A stretch of DNA of 64,000 nucleotides from the human T2T-CHM13v2.0 reference genome, Homo sapiens, in the NCBI RefSeq assembly GCF_009914755.1, contig NC_060930.1; one strand, given 5' to 3'. How positions within the stretch are numbered: position 1 is the first letter of the stretch; each line of letters opens with the position of its first letter. A program made the translations under genes and the position numbers. A model generated the notes under the pieces. That model saw nothing but the letters and a program-made list of their open reading frames with translations, searched no databases and was not told the DNA's origin. Of this stretch, positions 12,795 to 25,530 are shown piece after piece.

Positions 12795-13030
12795 AAGTAT
12801 ACAGCAGAGGCTAAGCTGACTGCCTGAAGTTTAATCCCTGCCCCTTTTACTATTGCTGTGATCTTGGGTGGATCGTTTAACCTCTCTGTACCTTAGCTTA
12901 GCTATTTATACAATGGAGATAACCATAGCTTGAACCACATAGCATTGTTACAAGGATTAACTGAGATAATACGTATAGAGTAATTAATACAGTGTAAGCA
13001 ATCAATGATGTTAGCTATTTTTTTATTATT
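12795..13030 (+). mobile_element. MIR
   Basis: gctgtgatcttggg...ttaacctctctgtacct...aggattaactgagataatac...gttagctatt. Confidence 0.7.
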
Positions 13031-13066
13031 ACCTTCCCCCTGCAAGGGGTTTATCTGGCAATAATA

Positions 13067-13584
13067 CAGTGGTTTCCCCTTATCTGTGGGGGATACAATC
13101 CAGGACCCCCAGTGGATGCTTGAGACTGTAGACAGTACTAGGACTTTTATATATGTATATATATTTTCCTTTTGGTACATACTTATGATAAAGCTTAATT
13201 AATAAATTAGGTAAGCAGGAGATTAACAACAATAATTAGCAATAAAATAGAACAGTTGCAACAATATGCCAGCATCACTTTAGGTAAAATAAGTGTCACT
13301 TGAACACGAGTTCTTTGATAATGTGACAGTTGGTCTGATAACCAAGATGTCTACTGACTGGCGGATGGGTTGCATATACAGCATAGACATGCTACACTAA
13401 GGGATAATTCATGTCCCATGGAGCAGGACAGCAGAGACTTCATCATGTTATTCAGGAGTGTCCCCAATTTAAAACTTATTAATTGTTTATTTTTGGAATT
13501 TTTTAATTTAATATGTTTGGACTGCAGTTGACTGCCAGTAACTGAAACCCCAAAAGTGAAACTGTGGATAATTGTGGACTACTG
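13067..13584 (+). mobile_element. MER44-type Tigger MITE
   Basis: Imperfect TIRs cagtggtttccccttatc ... gataattgtggactactg, preceded by TA. Confidence 0.8.
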
Positions 13585-15940
13585 TGTAGAAGTAGCCTGT
13601 GTGGTGTTAATGGACAATAGAATATATTTTTAAAACTGTGGTATAGCCACATATTAAGATGTTTCTGGAGGAGAGAGAAACAGTGACTTGACATTGGCAA
13701 TGCTACCCAATGGTAAGAGGAATTTACTTCTCTCTGAATATTCTCATCAAAAGCATGGATGTGATCCTGACACAAGTGACGATAAGCAAGTTTGGAAAAA
13801 TTTTTGGAGTTTTGATCAATTCACCATGTTTCATTTGGTTCTGAATCTCACTATTTAAATGAATTTGTGAATATTTTGGAAATGTAGAAATCCATAATTA
13901 ATCCCCATAAGCAAAACAGAGGCTGCTTGTTGAAATCAGCCTTCACATTCTCTCTTTTTCAACATTCTGTGCAGATATAATAAAATGTCCTTGCATTTGT
14001 ATGATGTTTTGCAATTGAAAGCATTCCCATACATGCAGTTCTATGTCAGCCTCTTACAGCCCTGGGGAGTAATCCTAGCTCGTATTGGTATCTCCTCCCT
14101 CAAAAACAAATTTTGAGAGGTGAAGTGATGTGCCTCAAATCGCATAGCTTTTAAGCAGCAGAGTAAGTTAAAAAAATCACTCAACAGTGTTTGATAAGGT
14201 TGGCTTTTGCAGCTTAGTTTTAGGTTATGTGAGATTGTACTGTCACAAGTACCACTAGAATTTCTGTCACATTATGAATTTTTTCTGCTTTCACTAATTA
14301 TAATAAAGAAAGACCTTTGTAACATGCTTTTTATATTTGTCTTCTATATTTATATGTGCTCTTTGGGGCTATTTTAATTTGACATTTATCTGCTTTTTCT
14401 AGGAATATTCTGTGAAAAAGACTAAGATATCAGAGAAATTATTAGTGCACATTATTAGAAGAGAGCTTCAGATGAAAATAAAGGTTGGTAGCTTACATCA
14501 TAATATTTTCAAGGGCAAATACAATTCTTTATTTTCGTAGTCTTGGTTATGGGCTTATATGTCTGCATCTGAGAGACAACAAAAGAATCACAGCTGGATT
14601 TGCAAGATGCATCTAATTGGGGGAAAATGCAGGGGTATGTGTGGAAACTTTCTTTTTTTCTTACTCCAAAAAGTGAACTCAAAAATAAAAGCACCTGTGG
14701 AATTGAGATTTGAGCAAGAAAAGCAGTGTGGGAAGATGGATAACCTTTGATGTCAAGTTGATTTCTCATACCTATGTGGTACAATTTCAGTTTGAATATT
14801 AGCTATGCGATCTGCAGTTCTCTGTTCTACAAGGCTCGAAAGGTGAAGGCAGAATATTTCAGAGGTTTCTCGAAACTCTAATAAAAGACTCTCCTGCCAG
14901 ATGACCCTTGATAAACTTCACTCTTCCTCTCAGTAAAAATCTCCCCCAGACAGGCTCAAAAGGGTTGATGATGTTCACCACTATTAAGTCTCCACTCAGC
15001 CATGCTAGGCAGCTCAGAAATTTCATTGGAATTTTTCCTTACTTGGCAGTTTTAGATGTTTTAGTCAGTAATGCAAATCCAAAAGGAGAAGAACTTGGTA
15101 GGAATATGTGAAAAGTAGATCTATATTACACAAAGCGTACTTGTGGTTATATAGAAGTAATATGTAATTTTTAAATAATAGCATAATACATCAAAATTGA
15201 GCTTGTGGTGATGATGCACAATAATATATTCCACTTACAAATCTGTTTATATTGTTGTTTTTCTGAGTGTTTTCACAGTGATATATTTTTCAATATAGCA
15301 TCAATATATTTTGTCACTTATATGTCATATTGTGGTATCCTCATCCCCCCCTTAAGCTTCTTGAGTATAAGGTTTGTGATTTATTATTTGCATTATTTTT
15401 ATGCCTTGCAAAATGACTAGCATAGTAGGCTCTCTTTTGATGTGCTTGTAAAACTGACCTGAGTATGGATGTTTCTTTGTCTAAGGACAATTTCATAATA
15501 TAAAATCAATACAGATGGTAACACCAGTAAAAATCTTAGAAACCAGATTTAAAGTATTCCTAACCCGGCTTTTATGAATTTGCATTTAAAAAAGAGCATG
15601 AGGAATTTTTGTTTATTTCCACTGTCTAAATTCTAAGCAGAGAGAATAGCCTAATGGATTTCTGTAGATTAGTTTAAAACTAACAAATAGGGAGTAAGTA
15701 TTCTGTAAAATCCCTGTAATTATTATAGAATCCTTCAATAACCTCAAGCAGTACTATTAGGACTTATTTTGTTCTCTGAGTACATATCATTAGGATAAAA
15801 ATAAACACATTTGAAGCTAAACAAAGATTTGAAGATCAACGATAAATTAACTTGATATATTTGCAGTGGCCAATCCATGTCTGTGGGGACTGGACACATC
15901 AATCAGTGCAACATTGAGAATCCCTGTTCTTCATCCCCCA

Positions 15941-16524
15941 CAGGACCAGTCACATAATATATGGGGCCCAGTTCAAGATGACAATGAGGAGTCCCTAATT
16001 CAAAAAGCATTACAACAACTTTTGACTCTCTGTTGTAGTCTCTCTCTCTCTTGCAAGCTGTTACCACGTTTTTTATTTGCTGTTTAATGCCATTCATTTT
16101 CTCAGTCATGAGGACACTCATGGGGTGAGAGCAGAACTTCACAGGCAACTGAGACCCTGTCCTGAGTTGAGCACAAGTGGTGTATGTACCCAACCCTGAC
16201 TCTCCCTATCTCCACACCCAGACCCCCGCTACGAGTGGAGATGGCCATGGGTTATTGGGTTGGAGAGAAAAAGCAGGTAGCTGAGAACTTTCCCTGGAGA
16301 CATGGCGAGGTGGTGACAGTGGGACTAAATGTAATCTGTGACTCCAGGGCCCTGACACCTGCAGAATTGTTCTAACTTACTTCACTTACAAAAGCTAAAA
16401 TTGAAGATATTATGTTAAGAATTTTCAGATGACCACTTCATAGCATTACACTCCTAGTGAAGGCCCTTGTGAGCAAGGCGTCCTGTGCTGCTGCACTGGC
16501 CCCATGTCCATGAAGCTGGCCATG
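15941..16524 (-). mobile_element. hAT-Tip100 element (MER45-like)
   Basis: Ends caggaccagtcacataat...ggggcccagt and cccatgtccatgaagctggccatg resemble MER45 termini. Confidence 0.6.
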
Positions 16525-16552
16525 GTTCCCAAGATAGAAGATCTGTGGGATG

Positions 16553-16964
<412 letters not shown>

Positions 16965-18740
16965 TCAATGTGTACTTTGTCTTCATTTTAATCCACTTAT
17001 TTTTATTTAAAAATGATGAGAGGAAGGAAACTGGAAGACAATTTTGATAAAGTATAATTTCATAATGGTAAAATCATGACTCCTGCAAATACAATATGAA
17101 TGCATGTCAAGATTTTATTTAACTCAATGATTAATGAGGAAAATAGTAAGATGCCAACAGTAATTTAAAGAACGTTTGAGAAGCAATATTAAGATTGCTG
17201 GGTTGGATATAAAAATGGTTAATGTCCAACAGGACCATAAATTGTAACATTTAGGGTACTTTTTGTTCAAAACAAGTTATTCTCATTTCTACTGGACAAA
17301 AATCTACAGTTAACCTCCAACCTTACAAAGTTGTAAAGTAGAACAGGCAATAGATAGTCAAGCCCAGCAATGGAGAACTGCAGTGTGAGGACATCTAAGT
17401 AATCTCTTCTGTCTATTTCAACTTAAGGATGATTTACCTGTCAGTGTGATTTGCTCCATCCTAGCATTATCTGGGTTTTTATTTCATCTGACTAACATGT
17501 TAAAAGATTTTCCAGTAGCCTTCTATATGCATGGTAATAGATGTTTAATACATACAATGATAGAGTATAAAACAGGAAAATAATCCTCAATATATTTAAT
17601 TCAGCATGCATCCTCTTAATACTTCAATTAGATTATATACTTCTAGATTATAGAAAATAGCACTGGAAGTAGTCTAAGATTCTTAAATATTTAGGATTAG
17701 ACAGGTCTTGGTGATCTTCAGTTTTCTCCATGGGAGAAGAAAATGTCATTCTACAATCATGCATATAAATATTTGTGGCTCACATTTAGGTCTAGAACAT
17801 TTTTGAGGCTTTAATTTGTGTTTCTAAGTGGATGGGTAGACTAGAGAAGGAAATAAAAAAGCCCAGAGAATTTGTGAGAGAGAAAAGGGGAAACAAATTA
17901 GTCAGGTGGCTATTCAGGCACAATCCCACCACATAGGTCTAACAGCCAGATGATGTCCTACCTCAAGACTGAACTCAAGTATTTTAGGCATGATTTTCTG
18001 CCAATTTTGTTGCATTTCAATTGTATTTGTCATAAGTTCTATTAATCTCAGACTGAAAAGACAAAATCACATATCTTAAAGCACATGGTAAGTTAGGTGA
18101 GATATGAAGAAAGGATTCTTGGTATTGAAACATACTAAACTCAAAGACTTTCCCAATTGTTGCTGTACAGTCTTCCACTATAGAAGTCTTCTAAAAGTAG
18201 AAACAAATTTCACTTGTTGGGCCTTGTTTATATCATTTGTTATAGAATTTCTTCACTCTATTTCTGAGAAAGAGAATGTTTTATGTGATGTTAATAGTTA
18301 ATAGGTATTCCTGGAAAAATACTTTATTTTTCTCAATGAAATTAGTTTAGTTACTTCTAAGCAGAGTTGAATGGGTTCTTTTTTTAGAGGATTGCTTTTG
18401 AAACTCCAAGAGGGAGAAAGGAACATGTGACATTTTATGAATTTGTCTTAGAGAAATTTCTCCTTACCTGCCTCTTTTTCCCCAAGGAATGCTTATTACT
18501 ATACTTGAAAAATAGCTTTGAAAATTCCAGTCTAGTTTAATTCCCCCTCTACACAAATGATGAAAGTGAGGTTCAGAAATGGTTAGTGGCATACTTAAGA
18601 GGAAGGGCAAAACACATACCTCTTGACTGTTAGAGTAATCTAAAATGATGAAGCTATAATTTTTATATGTAGCCTAGTCCTTATGTGTAAGTCCCACTGC
18701 TAAAAATAGTTACTAAATCATTCAGTTTAGAGAACTAATC

Positions 18741-19596
18741 TTTTTTTTTATTATTATACTTTAAGTTCCTGGATACATGTGCAGAACGTGCAGGTTTGTT
18801 ACATAGGTATACATGTGCCATGGTGGTTTGCTGCACCCATCAACCCATCATCTACGTCATGTATTTCTCTTAATGCTATCCCTCCCTTAGCCCCCAACCC
18901 CCTGACAGGCCCCGGTGTGTGCTGTTCCTCTCCCTGTGTTCATGTGTTCTCATTATTTAACTCCCACTTACGAGTGAGAACATGTGGTCTTTGGTTTTCT
19001 GTTCTGTGTTAGTTTAGAGAATGATGGTTTCCAGCTTCATCCATGTCCCTGCAAAGGACATGAACTCATCCTTTTTTATGGGTACACAGTATTCCATGGT
19101 GTATATGTGCCACATTTTCTTTATCCAGTCTATCATTGATGGGCATTTGGGTTGGTTCCAAGTCTTTCCTATTGTGAATAGTGCTGCAATAAACATACAT
19201 GTGCATGTGTCTTTATAGTAGCATGATTTATAATCATGCTACTATTTATAATCCTTTGGGTATATACCCAGTAATAGGATTGCTGGGTCAAATGGTATTT
19301 CTCATTCTAGATTCTTGAGGAATCGCCACACTGTCTTCCATAATGGTTGAAGTAATTTACACTTCCACCAACAGTGTAAAAGCATTCCTATTTCTCCACA
19401 TCCTCTCCAGTATCTGTTGTTTCCTGACTTTTTAATGATCAGCATTCTAACTGGCATGAGATGGTATCTCATTGTGGTTTTGAGTTGCATTTCTCCAATG
19501 ACCTGTTATGATGAGCTTTTTTTCATATGTTTGTTGGTCACATAAATGTCTTCTTTTTGCCCAGAATCTACAAGGAACTTAAACAAATTTACAAGA
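18741..19596 (-). mobile_element. 5'-truncated L1PA (about PA7) with short 5' inversion
   Basis: Poly(T), 3' UTR and ORF2 end on minus to ~19558, then an opposite-orientation L1 piece at 19561-19596. TSD agagaactaa(t/a)cttt at 18729-18743 and 19597-19611. Confidence 0.94.
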
Positions 19597-22028
19597 AGAG
19601 AACTAAACTTTATTATTTGTGATGAAACAAATGCTTGATTTACATTTCAGATCCTAGGAGAGAGAGCATTGAATTAAAGTCTAAAAAATTAGAATTTATC
19701 CTGTCTTTATTATTAGTGCCGATTTGAACCAATATCTTAATTCATTTATACTCCATTTTATCATTTTTGAAACAAAAATTTAAAACTATATTATAAAGAT
19801 ATTTTAAGTAGTAACATCATTTTAAGATAAATTCGTATGAGAACAATGCAACTATGCATATCCCAGCACAGACAACACTTGGTAATTATTAGGTCAATGG
19901 CAGTTAGTGGTGGTAGTATCTGGACGGTACTTGCTTAAAGCCATGACTGCATTTTACTGTCAGTAACCAATACCCAGATTTATTGTCCAGTGTTTTCTCA
20001 TGTAGTTTATATACTCTCAAGTCTTTACCAAGTGTTAAGTTTTGGCTTCAAATCACTCAAGGTTTAGGTAGGCAGGTGGGAACAATTTTTACTTTATTTT
20101 TCTAGAATAAAAGGTTAAGCAGTTTTCTTAAGGTACAATATCTACCAGCAAATGGGCCAGGAAAAAAATGTAAGGCTTGTGAACTTTGTTTACTACTCAA
20201 CCAAAAGGATTGGTTTGTTTTCTTTCTAAATTAATCACTTAAACTTGTTTTTTAAGAATATTGTAAACCCAAAGCCAAAGGATTCTGAATATCTCACATT
20301 TTGTTCCACATTTAACTTTGCTCTGTTTTCATTTTGTTTGTCAAGCTTTTCACACAATTTTAACAGTGGCATGTTTAATTATATGTAAAAATCATAGTGG
20401 TTAACACAATTTACCATTTTTACGCATTTTTTTGGTGCATGAATTCAATCTATAAGTGGTCAAAAATAAATGCTTCTATTTACAAAATAAACAGGCTTTA
20501 ACACATCTTTTCCTACTAAAAAAAACCATTAATAAATAGTTTTTGAAGGAAAGCAAAACAGTCAAAAAAACATATTACCAGGTCATATTTAGAGTGCTTG
20601 TTCTTTGAAGAAAAGAGTGAGGGAGAGATACTATTAGCATTCTGTTAAGAAAGGAGAGAAAAGATAGTTTTCAGATGGGATTTAAGCCAGAGAAGTCTCT
20701 TATGCCCAGGAAGATCAATCAGGGTAAATGAGTTCTCCATGTATTATTACCTAAGGGTAGAGAAAATTGAAGATGAGATTTTCTTCCCCCTACTTGTTTG
20801 ACCTTGCTGCATAAATATGATATAAAAAATATGAGTGGAATTTGATAGTGGTCTTTTCCATTGGTCAAACCTTGAAATTTTAACTCTTTGAGGCTTTTCA
20901 AATTCGGTGTAAGGAACACAATTTCTTCACATTTAATCTTATTTGTTCTTATTAAAATACAATTGTATTTGTAATCATGACTTTAATACAACACTTATTT
21001 GCCGAAGATCTATCAATAAATGCTTTCTGCCCTGTGAAAACAAATGCCCAGCACTTGTTGCTACACTCAAGGATGGCAGTAATAAAAGTGGTTAGAAAAT
21101 CAATTTAAACTGCATTTGTACTTTACCATAGAGCTGGTGACACTTAAACATTGGTAAGAGTTACGCTCTTCAAATATGTGATCCACTTTTATAAGCAACT
21201 AAAAACCCTACAGCTTCAGTCACACTCTCAAAGAAAGAATAAATGACCTCACATCACTCCATTTTCAGAAGACCTGGCACTTGTAGAATGGGGGAAAGAA
21301 ATGAGACAAAAAAAAAAAAGATAAACAATAGAAATTGTGAAACCTAGGCTGTTTTAACCTAAGCTTGCAGTTTATGTGTATAAATGGAAAAACACAATTT
21401 GTTCTGCATGCCTTAATGTTTTACAAACTTGAGATTATCATACACAAAATAATATGTGGAAAAGGTTTCCATGTCTTATTTGTCTTTATGAATCCCACGA
21501 TCATTACACTGCTTAACACAAAAGAGGCTCTACAGCACTCATAGTATAAAAGAAGGGACAGATTGATGGTATGAAGGACACATATCCTATTTTAATCAGA
21601 CAGATTTAGATCAAAATAATTTCTAAACATGGATGTTCTAGAAAAAAAGAAAAACAGAAAACAATTACCAGAATGTTTTGTTGTGATGCGTTACTTTTTG
21701 TTTAAGTAACAGTGACCTAAAACAGGCCTGTTTCTCCTTTTCTTCTTTTCTAATAGCATGTGTATATTTGCATAAGTACTTTTTTGCTTATCACAACCTT
21801 TTCTTGTTAAACATTAAGGACAGCAGAGGGTTACAGTGAAGCAGCTGGAACTCCTATCTTCTGGTAATGCAAAAAGTGTCTGGTGTTCAGAAAAGATTCA
21901 AAACTTAGTAATAATACAAAAGGAGAGTTGTGTGTTCTTTTAATATCATACCAGAGCATTGTCTAATGGGCTTGCTTAAGGATTATGTAATTCTCTAGAA
22001 GGTGAACTTTTATTTGGCTTACTATTTA

Positions 22029-22617
22029 CAGTTATATGTCACTCAGTAACACTTCTGAGAAATGCCTCATTAGGCAATTTCATCATTGTGCAAGCATCAT
22101 AGAATGTACTTATACAAACCCAGATGGCATAGCTTACTATCCACCTAGGCGATACAGTATGGTCTATTGCTCCTGAGCTATAATACAGATCTGTACAGCA
22201 TGTAGTACCAAAGCATGTTCTGAATACTGTAGGCAATTGTAACACAGTGGTATTTGTGTATCTAAACATATAAAAGATGTATAAAAATACAGTATAAAAG
22301 ACAAGAAAAATGGTACACCTATATAGGGTACTTATGAAAGGAGCTTACAGGACTGCAGGTTGCCCTGGGTGAATCAGTGAGTGAGTGGTGACCAAATGTA
22401 AAGGGCTAAAATACTACCGTATATTACCGTAGACTTTATAAATACCATGCACTTAGTCTATACTAAATTTACAAAAACAAAAGTAATTGTGCTATGATGT
22501 TACAATAGCCACAACATCACCAGAAAACAGGAACTTTTCAACTCCATTACAATCCTGTGAGACCACCATCATCTGTTTTGTCTGTTGTTGACTGAAACAT
22601 TGTTATGAAGTGCATTA
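22029..22617 (-). mobile_element. Tigger3 (Golem) family non-autonomous element; orientation uncertain
   Basis: ttctgagaaatgc...aggcaatttcatcattgtg...atcatagaatgtactta, and gaccaccatc...gttgactgaaacattgttatg. Confidence 0.78.
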
Positions 22618-23003
22618 GCACTATTAATACTGTTAATTAGACCAGGACTCTGTGAAGTTACATGCTCACTTGTAGGCTGTGGTTTGATGGAGGCGCAAAT
22701 GAATACAGACTGGTAGAAAACATCACAAAATTACATTTTATTGCCCTATGGAACATTAACTAGTTTTGTCTCTAAACCTTGCAATTTTATTTTAGCATCC
22801 TTTCAGTGTCTATAAAAGCTCAGTCTCTTGAATTCTTTTTGAACCAACTTTACCTTCATGCTGGTTGCTTTGTATAGGAGCTAAATGAATCTTTGGTATG
22901 TGGTTTATACAATTGTATAAAAATCATGTTTATAACTTTTTGAAAATTAAACTTTGACACTGGGTTTGAATTATCTTGCCAGAATCCTGTCTTAGAGAAT
23001 TGT

Positions 23004-23763
23004 AGAGGGGAGTTTAGATTTTGTGGGGCCTGAAGCTCATATAATTTTGTGATCTTTTATAACCAAAAAAATTTTACAGATTCAAATGAAAAATTATACA
23101 TAAAAGTGATTATTTATTTAGAATAGGAAAATAAATAACAGCAAATTACATTAATATTTGGAGATTCAGGTCTCTTTCTCTGAACTCTCTTTTTAATTGT
23201 ACTACAGTTTTTGTTTTTTTTCAGGAGACCAGAGTTTTATTATTACTCAAGTTAGCCTCCTATTGTACTATAGTTTTAAAAATGGATACACAATAATTGT
23301 GTAAAGGGCTAAATATTATTATATATTACTGTACATATGCAGTAATCTATATATAATACAAATTATGTATAATAAAAATTTTACATATTTATGGGGTACA
23401 TGTGATATTTTGATACAGGCATACAATGTGTGATTATCAAATTAGCATAATTGGAATAGCCATCACTTCAAACGTTTATAATTTCTTTGTGTCAAGAACA
23501 TTCCAAATCTTATCTTTTAGCTGTTTTGAAACATGCAATAAATTATTGATAACTAATAATTTATCAATAACTAATATATTTACCCATTGTGCTATCAAAC
23601 ACTAGAGCTTACATGGAGATGCTTCCTGATCGCAACTTGTTTTCCCTTCCCAAAGGAAATTGTGAGAAATTATTGCAATTCCTAGCAACTCCCAATCCCA
23701 GAAAGACATGTACAAGGTTGAGGGCCTCTTAAGCTTCATTAGCTTCGAGGTAAGCCAGCTCTG
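23004..23763 (-). mobile_element. hAT-Tip100 element (Arthur1/MER69-like), interrupted by an L1MA fragment
   Basis: Termini ttttgtggggcctgaagctcata and aagcttcattagcttc...gtaagccagctctg. Confidence 0.5.
23270..23608 (-). mobile_element. L1MA-type 3' end
   Basis: acatatttatggggtacatgtgatattttgatac...ttgtgctatcaaacactaga. Confidence 0.78.
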
Positions 23764-25319
23764 CTATTGGGTGAGGGGATGTCAGCAGGTAAGGAGCTGT
23801 GAAGGACTGGGTGGAAAGAAACAAACCAGAGAATATTTTCCCCCTCAGGCAACCATGGAGTGGCCCTTGGAGCAAGGCTTTGTGAGGACTCCTGCATGTA
23901 TCTGACAAGAGATCCAGGACCGAGTTTGTGTGTCAGGGAGTACAAAATCAATACAGAACCATAATGGCACCAGCTCATAAGAAAACCTTTCGATATTTTT
24001 CAGTCAAATCCCTCCTGTCCCAAGCCAGACCCAAACCTGGAGAAACTAGAAAAAGAAGAGGGATAGAAAGAAATCAAGAATGCATTACATTCCTTCCCCA
24101 CTCTAAATTCTTGAACTTGAGGTTTGTCCAACCTGGCATAGGGCTGATGACCACTAAATTGGATATGAGACAGAAGTTTTTAATTGGTGTAGTCTGAACC
24201 AGATGATTTAATATGTGAACATACATAGAAGGCTCTGGAACCTGCAGGATATTCCAGTAAGGGAAAATAAAGTGGAGACCAACAGAGTATGTACACCATC
24301 AATGACAGAAGAAAACATTCTTTTGATACTCACACCCTAGAGACTGATTTTAGTGAATGAATTATGTAGAAAATACCTTAAATACTCAATTAATTAACAT
24401 AATAAGAAAGATAGGAAAAACTATGAAATCATTTATGCTTCTAAGTTCTTACCGAAAACCTGGTTAGCTTTCCCCGCCACCTGTTTCTCTAGCAACAAGG
24501 GCTGCCCACAGTGGGAGATGTTTGGAGGTTCACTGGTAAACTTTTATATTGAGAATAATCTAACTAAATATAAAATAGTCTTCTAGTGCAAGGGACACTT
24601 AAATCCTATGTACAATTTCAAGGATGTAGACTACAGACAGAAAGTGTAGCAGTTAAGAAGAAGGGTTAAATATTTGAAAATGTCATTAGTCTAAATGTGT
24701 GGTAAGAAATTGATCTGAAATAGGCTCTTTTTTCCTGTGGTATTTAGAAGAATAGGGTAGACTGCTGAGCTAGATTTGGGGTAATCTGGGTTAGATACAG
24801 AGTAAAAACTAAAAGATCTCAGCAGGTGATTCCTAGCGACATGACATTGTGAAATGACAATGAAGACAAGCAAAAATTGTGTGAGGGATTGCAACTTACT
24901 ACAGAACAAATGGAAAAGCTAAGACCTGATATCCTGTCTTTATGCTGTGTAACAGTTCTTACTATTGCAATTTCAAATTCAATTTATGCCTCCTACCTCA
25001 TTTTGAAGTGCTAAATGAGTTGGAAACTGAAAACCTCAGTAATCACAAAAAAACTGCCTTCTTTCTACAAATGTTAAAAAAAGTCTATAAAATGAGATAA
25101 TAGGGAAAGATGGATTGAAAGTAAAGAATAAAGGAAAGAAACTCACCTCTGTTCACATGGGGTACTGAGAATAATGATAATTTCTGAATGCTAAACAAAT
25201 ACATACCCTGTTTGAAGCTTGCTTAATATGGAAAAATTATTAATATGAATTGGGGTTGATTTTCTTAGTCTAGCTCAATTAGTTGAATAACACTAATTTA
25301 CCCATTTGTTGCCCTAGTG

Positions 25320-25530
25320 CAGTGGTCTGCAAATGATAGCCCTTTTGCCAAATCCTGCCAGCCACCTATTTTGGTAAATAAAGTTTTATTGGAACACAAC
25401 ACAGTCATATCCATTTGTTTACATTTTGTCAGTGGCTGCATTCCTGCTACAATAGGAGAGTTAAGTTATTGCAATACAAAGGCTGATATTTGCTATCTGG
25501 CCCATTACAGAAAATGTTTGCTAGCCTCTG
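25320..25530 (+). mobile_element. MER58A-like hAT-Charlie MITE
   Basis: cagtggtctgcaaa...gtaaataaagttttattggaacac...ctatctggcccattacagaaaatgtttgctagcctctg. Confidence 0.85.
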
